60,546 bases of DNA, from NCBI GenBank assembly GCA_963749155.1, contig CAVVLO010000006.1, positions 1 through 60,546 of the forward strand, in the 5' to 3' direction. How positions within the stretch are numbered: the first letter of the stretch is position 1; every line of letters starts with the position of its first letter. Positions 55,824 to 60,546 of the stretch are shown here, one piece after another. The DNA comes from an uncultured Armatimonadia bacterium (GTDB taxonomy: Bacteria > Armatimonadota > Zipacnadia > CAVVLO01). The translations under genes and the position numbers were made by a program. The notes beneath the pieces are model-generated. The model was not told the origin of the DNA. It did not search any database and saw only the letters and a list, made by a program, of their open reading frames with translations.

Positions 55824-56601
55824 ATGGTCACGAAGCCCTCCACCAAGGCGTACAGCTTCGCTCTAGGGCTCTGGCTGCTGACTAGCATGACCCTCGCGGC
55901 GGTCATGCTGCAGGCGGCGACTCCGGCGTTCGGATGGGAGCTTGCGGGAGGGCTAGCGAGTGACCGGGGTAAGCCTTGTCCCAATGGGTTGGGCCCTGCT
56001 CACCATCCTGCTTGGGGCCAGTCGCGGGGCTCTCGTGCTAGCATGGAGCATACTCCCGGTAGTATGCCTGGTAGATTCTGCCGCCTTCACCACGAATGCG
56101 ATATTCCAGGAGCAGTGGATACTGCTGGGCCTCCCGCTTGCCCTGGTACTGGCGCTGCTGTCTTCGCTGCTTGCACTTCAGTGGCCGGCCCGTCGGGAAC
56201 TTGCTGATGGGCTCCCGGGCGGCAACGACACTTCCTCTCCAAACCCCAAGCCGTGGCGATCAGAGGGACAGCTGCTCATCAGTGGCCTCTGCTTGTGGGG
56301 TGGCGCGTTTTTTCTGCTCTTACAGATGGTCGAGGGCTGGATTACGCTTGGCTTCGGGCTAATACTCGCAGTGAGGAGCGTTCTTGTGATCCACTTCTCC
56401 CACGCAAGAGCCATCTACGCGCTTGAGGCAAGCAACTTGCTGGTCGCGATGTTCGTGGGCGTGCTCGCAACCACCGCTGCGCACGTGATGTGGCAGACCC
56501 AGTTGCTTGCGGCGCTCATCGGGTTGTACGCCGCCCTCGCGCTCGTAGCGACCGCCCTCAGAGCGCGGGAAGCTGGAAGGGCTGATGATCCTGCCCCGTA
56601 G
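55824..56601 (+). CDS. Polytopic membrane protein, putative immunity for module 3 (frameshift near 55960)
   Basis: Many hydrophobic helices across ORFs 55824.. and 55960..56601. Confidence 0.65.
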
Positions 56602-56644
56602 GGGGCGGTCCAAGCAGCGTGCGAACGGCGTGAAGGCTAACCAA

Positions 56645-56686
56645 GAGCTCTCGAACCGCAAGTCGGACGAGACGGTGCTCTCCAGC
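56645..56686 (+). repeat. 42-bp plus-strand Rhs remnant (ELSNRKSDETVLSS)
   Basis: One mismatch to 50318-50359. Confidence 0.9.
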
Positions 56687-57051
56687 ACTACCTTCGCCCC
56701 GTCATAGACGAACCTGGTCGTGCTCCCGCCCTCGACCTTCGCCAGCCGTTGCCCGGCGGAGTTGTATATGTAGTTGGTCTCGGAAGAGTCCGGGTACTCG
56801 ATGTCGGTCAGCCGGTTCAGGTAGTCCCAGGCATAGGAGCGCGTCCCGGCGCCACTGACCTCGGCGGCGAGATTGCCCGAGGCATCGTAGGTGTAGGTCG
56901 TCAGCGTGCCAGAGGCATCCGTCCCGGTCAATTGCCCGCCCGCATTGTAAGTGGAGGTCGTCACCGCGCTCCCCTGGTCGGTAAGAGTCAGCCTGTTGCC
57001 GATGTCATCGTAAGTGTAGCTATAACTGTATTGTACCGCAGCTCCCGAGTC
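56680..57051 (-). pseudogene. Rhs YD-repeat fragment truncated at an inversion junction
   Basis: Minus-strand QYSYSYTYDDIGNRL...YDGAKVVLE, then runs into the plus-strand remnant. Confidence 0.85.
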
Positions 57052-57079
57052 GCACCACGACTGTACATGCCTGGTTGTG

Positions 57080-58183
57080 CTACGGACTGATGCTACTGTC
57101 CGCCGAGAAGACCAGCTTCTCGTTCGTGCCGTCGGAGCGCACCGTCCAGACCTCGCTCCCGTCTCTGCGGAAGACGATCAGACCCTGAGGAGTCCAGGCG
57201 CCCGTCCACGGCAACTCGTGTATCCTGCTGGCCAGCACCCTCTTCTGGCCCGAGGGCCAACTTACCGCGACCAGCACCACGTTGTTCGGGCCGTCGCGCA
57301 GATAGCAGAGCGCCTTGCCATCCGGCGCCCATTGGGGCACGCCCACCAAGGCTTCGACGTGGTCCTCAACAAGGGTCTGCTTGGTCGGTTCAGCGACCGG
57401 CGCAGCAACAAGGCTGGCATGGTCGCCCCGCAGCAGCGTCAGCAGTAGTTGCTTCCCGTCCGGCGACACAGCGCAGCCAACCAAGTCAGGCGATTCGTAT
57501 AACCTGGACGAACCGACAACGAAGCGGTCCTCCACTAGAGTTGCGAATCGTACTGAGTTCGTCGCCGCCTCACTGTCGCCCGCGATGAAGTATAGCCGCT
57601 TGCTGGCCGCGCCCCACTGCATCAGAGCGGTGGAGTGCGCGTTCATTGCGAGGTCGGCCACGACTGAGCGCCGCGAACCGTCTGCCGCGACGACTGCCAG
57701 CTGCATACCGCTTTGCCCGAGCTGCTGGGCCCAGTAGGCGACCCATCGCCCATCGGGGCTGGGCAAGGGGTAGGAGAGGTTCTCGGTCCTCGACTCCACC
57801 AGCTTCTCAGGGGAGCTTTCGTCCAGGGACTTGCGCCAGATGGAGAAGAACCTGTCGTCGAGCGACGCGTATACAAGCCCGCGGCTGTCCGGAAGCCACT
57901 CGGGCGTCCTCACCAACAGGAGGGGCTTGCGGCTCCCGCGGACCAGACAGCGCGCCTGGCCTGTCGAGACGGAGACGACATAGAGGCCCTTCGGCGGCGT
58001 GCTTTGCCTCTCAGGCACCGAGAGCTGGAATGCCACTTGCGTGCCGTCTCGAGAGACGGCCAGATAGTAGGTCTGAGGCCTGGCGAGGCTCCCACTCTCG
58101 TTCGCCCGCCGCCCACACCCGGCGCATAGGCAGGCTCCAACGGCCAGCACCGTGACGAGACGTCCAAGTCCCCTGCCAGTCAT
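57080..58183 (-). CDS. TolB-like beta-propeller lipoprotein, putative immunity for module 4
   Basis: RBS AGGAG; ATG 58183 overlaps the CT4 stop (ATGA); lipobox CLCAGC; SPDG and WAPDG repeats. Confidence 0.8.
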   Translation of the reverse strand: MTGRGLGRLVTVLAVGACLCAGCGRRANESGSLARPQTYYLAVSRDGTQVAFQLSVPERQSTPPKGLYVVSVSTGQARCLVRGSRKPLLLVRTPEWLPDSRGLVYASLDDRFFSIWRKSLDESSPEKLVESRTENLSYPLPSPDGRWVAYWAQQLGQSGMQLAVVAADGSRRSVVADLAMNAHSTALMQWGAASKRLYFIAGDSEAATNSVRFATLVEDRFVVGSSRLYESPDLVGCAVSPDGKQLLLTLLRGDHASLVAAPVAEPTKQTLVEDHVEALVGVPQWAPDGKALCYLRDGPNNVVLVAVSWPSGQKRVLASRIHELPWTGAWTPQGLIVFRRDGSEVWTVRSDGTNEKLVFSADSSISP

Positions 58184-59026
58184 CGACGTGTCACTCTCCT
58201 GCTGCCTACGTGTGAGGCTTCCGGTAGTGGGACGTCCGGAAGCTCCCTTGGTGCGTGTAGGTCCTCGCAATCTGACGCACACTCGCCGGTGTCCATGTTC
58301 ACTATCTTGTCCACTCGCAAGGCACAGCAGTTGAAGCAGGCGGTCTGCCACATGCTGGCCGGGTCCTGTGGATCCTGTTCGGGCATCCCCTACTTGAGGC
58401 AGTGCCGCGCATACCAGCACCATAGATCGGGCCGCGGCACGTTAGACCCGTTTGCCTGCCCGTAAACTCGGTCACACGAGGACTTGGGTTCCTGAGACCA
58501 GGTCTCGACAGGCGGCTCGACGACTCCACACCCCGACCCCGCCAGGATGACGATGGTGCCGATAAGTATCATGCCGATAAGGGCCGTGATCGCGACGAAC
58601 TCGCCACTCGGGTCAGTCCTTGTCACCGGCCCGTTAGCGCAGTAGAGGTACCGGTGCAGGCTCAGCGGGTCCTGCGGTGACCCGCCGTAGGGGTCTTCCG
58701 AGATAAACCGGCCGACGCCCGGGCTGTAGTATCTGGCCTGCATAAAGTAGAGGCTCGGGGTGCTCTCACACTGGACGCCGTAGCCGCCGACGAAGAGGTA
58801 AGGGTTGGCGACGTCGCTCTGGCCTACCGTTGCCTGCCCGAAGGCCTCGTAGGAGTAGCTGTTCTCGACGGCCTGGGAGCTGTCAACTATCTGCTTCACG
58901 CTCGCCAGCCCATCGAGCAGGGCGAAGCCAGAGTGGGGTGCAGGGGCAGATTGCCCCTGCGATCTTCCGGCCTTATAAGTGGAGGTCGTCACCGCGCTCC
59001 CTTGGTCGGACAGAGTCAGCCTGTTG
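58180..59026 (-). CDS. Orphan Rhs module 4: canonical core (..TRTDPSG) plus Cys-rich C-terminal domain (probable indel near 58390)
   Basis: ORF 58390..58992 continues as 58180..58386; core similar to module 3. Confidence 0.8.
58922..58960. repeat. REP-like hairpin embedded in Rhs module 4
   Basis: gcgaagccagagtggggtgcaggggcagattgcccctgc; same family as 30664, 34518 and 45193. Confidence 0.75.
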
Positions 59027-60137
59027 TGGTGAGGCGTTTGGGATAACTATCTCATCAGGCAGTGTCCAGACCTTGGTCTTGCGTCCTGAGGAGACGTCCA
59101 GGCTCCAGAGTTCGTCGGAGTGTGAGGGTTCAAGGCCTGGGCTACGCACCGTGTAGAACAGCCTTCCTGCGTCTGGTGCAATGGCCAACTGGTAGATGGT
59201 CTCTGCCCACACCATCCGGCGCGGCGCTCTCGCGCCAGGCTGGAACAACCATATGCTGGCGCAGTCGCTACTGAGCAGCCCCCTCCTGTCGCGTAATCTG
59301 AAGAGGTACCAGTCGCGCAATGGGTCATAGACAAGGCGTTCGACGTCACCCAGGGGCCGCCTGGTAGGCCAGAAGCAGCTAATGCGACCAGACTCCAGCT
59401 CAAGAGAGGCGATCACGGTCGCCTCTGGACCTACATGCACCATACACCACAGCTTGCCGACATCCGCGCTGGGACACCAGTCGTACACCGGGCATACTGG
59501 GGCGGAGATCGCAACTATGGACTGCACCCGTCCAGGGATCAGCAACAAAGTAACTTCGCCCCACCACCCGCCAGCATATCTGCCCCTCCCATGGCCAGAT
59601 CAGGTCAATGGGCTCGTGGTCACCTGTCCAAAGCAGCATGCTGGTAGCGTCGCCAACCAGCCAGATCCTGACTTCCCACCTCCCCCCGTGGGGTCTGGAG
59701 AACGCAAGCTGCGGAAGAGCTGGAGACCAGGCGGCAGTCCATCTGTCAGGCGTTCTGCCGGTTCTCGGTTCGTAGGCCGAATTAGGCACCACTACACGCT
59801 TCGACAAGTCCGTGACTTCGAGGCGCCAGCTGCCATCCTGGCCCGACGCCCCAATCGCAAGCCATCGGCACGAGGCGTCCCACTCGCACGGAGAGCCGCA
59901 ACCTGCATCCAGGAGGGACCCAGCCTGCGTGTCTAAGACGAATACACTACCTATGCTGTTACCAATCTCGTTCCTCACGCGGATAGCTACCTTGGCACCG
60001 TCGGCCGTCACGACGAGTCTGTCGATGACGCGGAGAGCATGTTCCAACCCATAAGACAGGTCCCGCCCACAACTGGGCACAAGCAGTAGCGCGACCGCCA
60101 CCAATAGCCCTAACATAAACTGTTGTCGAGTTAGCAC
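59027..60137 (-). CDS. Beta-propeller-like lipoprotein, putative immunity for module 5; frameshifted near 59540 and 3'-truncated by the next Rhs fragment
   Basis: Signal peptide ending LLLVPSC; AWSP and IAPDAG repeats; the reading frame runs out of frame into the Rhs repeat at 59026. Confidence 0.68.
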
Positions 60138-60174
60138 TGTCAGCAGCTCCCGCAGCCCGCGGTGAAATAGGCAG

Positions 60175-60546
60175 TCAGCCCTGGTAGACGCTCGCCGGTA
60201 GTTGGACATCCGGGTATAGTTTTCCGCATTTGCGAGTATCCCATATGTTCTTGGCCGCGTCATATTCGTGTTTAGCCTTCTCGTAGTTATACGGGGCCCA
60301 TTTGACCATGTCTTTGTAAGCGTCAGCACAGGTCCCTTGCATGAGCTTGGGGAGGTCCTCACTCCACCTGTATACAAGGTACGCCAAGTAGCACGCCCAA
60401 ATGGCCACTCCCAGGAGCCCAAAGAGGAGGCTTACGTAGATTCCCAAGATGATTGACCCCGTCAATATGATGGCCTGTACTATGTATTCAAACCAAAACG
60501 CCGGGTCCGTGATCCACTCCCACATACCGGTCGGATCAGTCCGGCT
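60175..60546 (-). CDS. Rhs module 5 C-terminal domain (partial; the core lies beyond the window)
   Basis: Minus strand reads RTDPTG followed by MWEWITD.. and a long hydrophobic hairpin. Confidence 0.8.
   Translation of the reverse strand, partial: SRTDPTGMWEWITDPAFWFEYIVQAIILTGSIILGIYVSLLFGLLGVAIWACYLAYLVYRWSEDLPKLMQGTCADAYKDMVKWAPYNYEKAKHEYDAAKNIWDTRKCGKLYPDVQLPASVYQG

Noticed and set aside
1..60546. Pervasive frameshifts as mass pseudogenisation, programmed frameshifting or an alternative genetic code
   Set aside because: The breaks are single-base indels that differ between duplicate copies, with no consistent slippery motif or in-frame stop pattern. Sequencing error is the simplest explanation.
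43799..60546. Integron cassette array
   Set aside because: No integrase and no recurring attC-like sites between genes; the repeats are Rhs coding fragments.

Overview
GC-rich bacterial DNA, most likely a low-polish long-read metagenomic contig: single-base indels break most long genes, and at different places in duplicated copies. It has four parts. (1) 18-14254 is a diverged tandem duplication of a carbohydrate block: GH78 rhamnosidase, URO-D-like protein, Bcp, sugar isomerase and a GH71/99-like gene. Only copy 1 carries a ~1.2 kb defence-like insert, made of a small ORF plus a PLD nuclease fused to a DpnI-type winged-helix domain. (2) 14363-39404 is a large glycan-utilisation region: GH71/99-like, GH106, an SGNH-GH43 fusion, FucI, a glycyl radical enzyme with no activase in the window, several unassigned secreted CAZyme-like proteins and a hybrid histidine kinase flanked by REP-like hairpins. 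(3) 39478-49602 holds a HEPN/MNT pair and two similar units, each made of a ~330 bp repeat with a sigma54 promoter, a large secreted gene and a membrane-protein paralog. (4) 49784-60546 is an array of orphan Rhs C-terminal-domain/immunity modules. All C-termini are Cys-rich or hydrophobic with no nuclease motif. Two share a C-x6-C...C-x10-C-x6-C scaffold on a degenerate Rhs core that lacks the DPxG motif. All five Rhs fragments whose 5' part is visible keep the same internal GGAG-N4-GTG block, and the array switches strand at a 7-bp microhomology. No rRNA, tRNA, CRISPR array, transposase or integrase was recognised.
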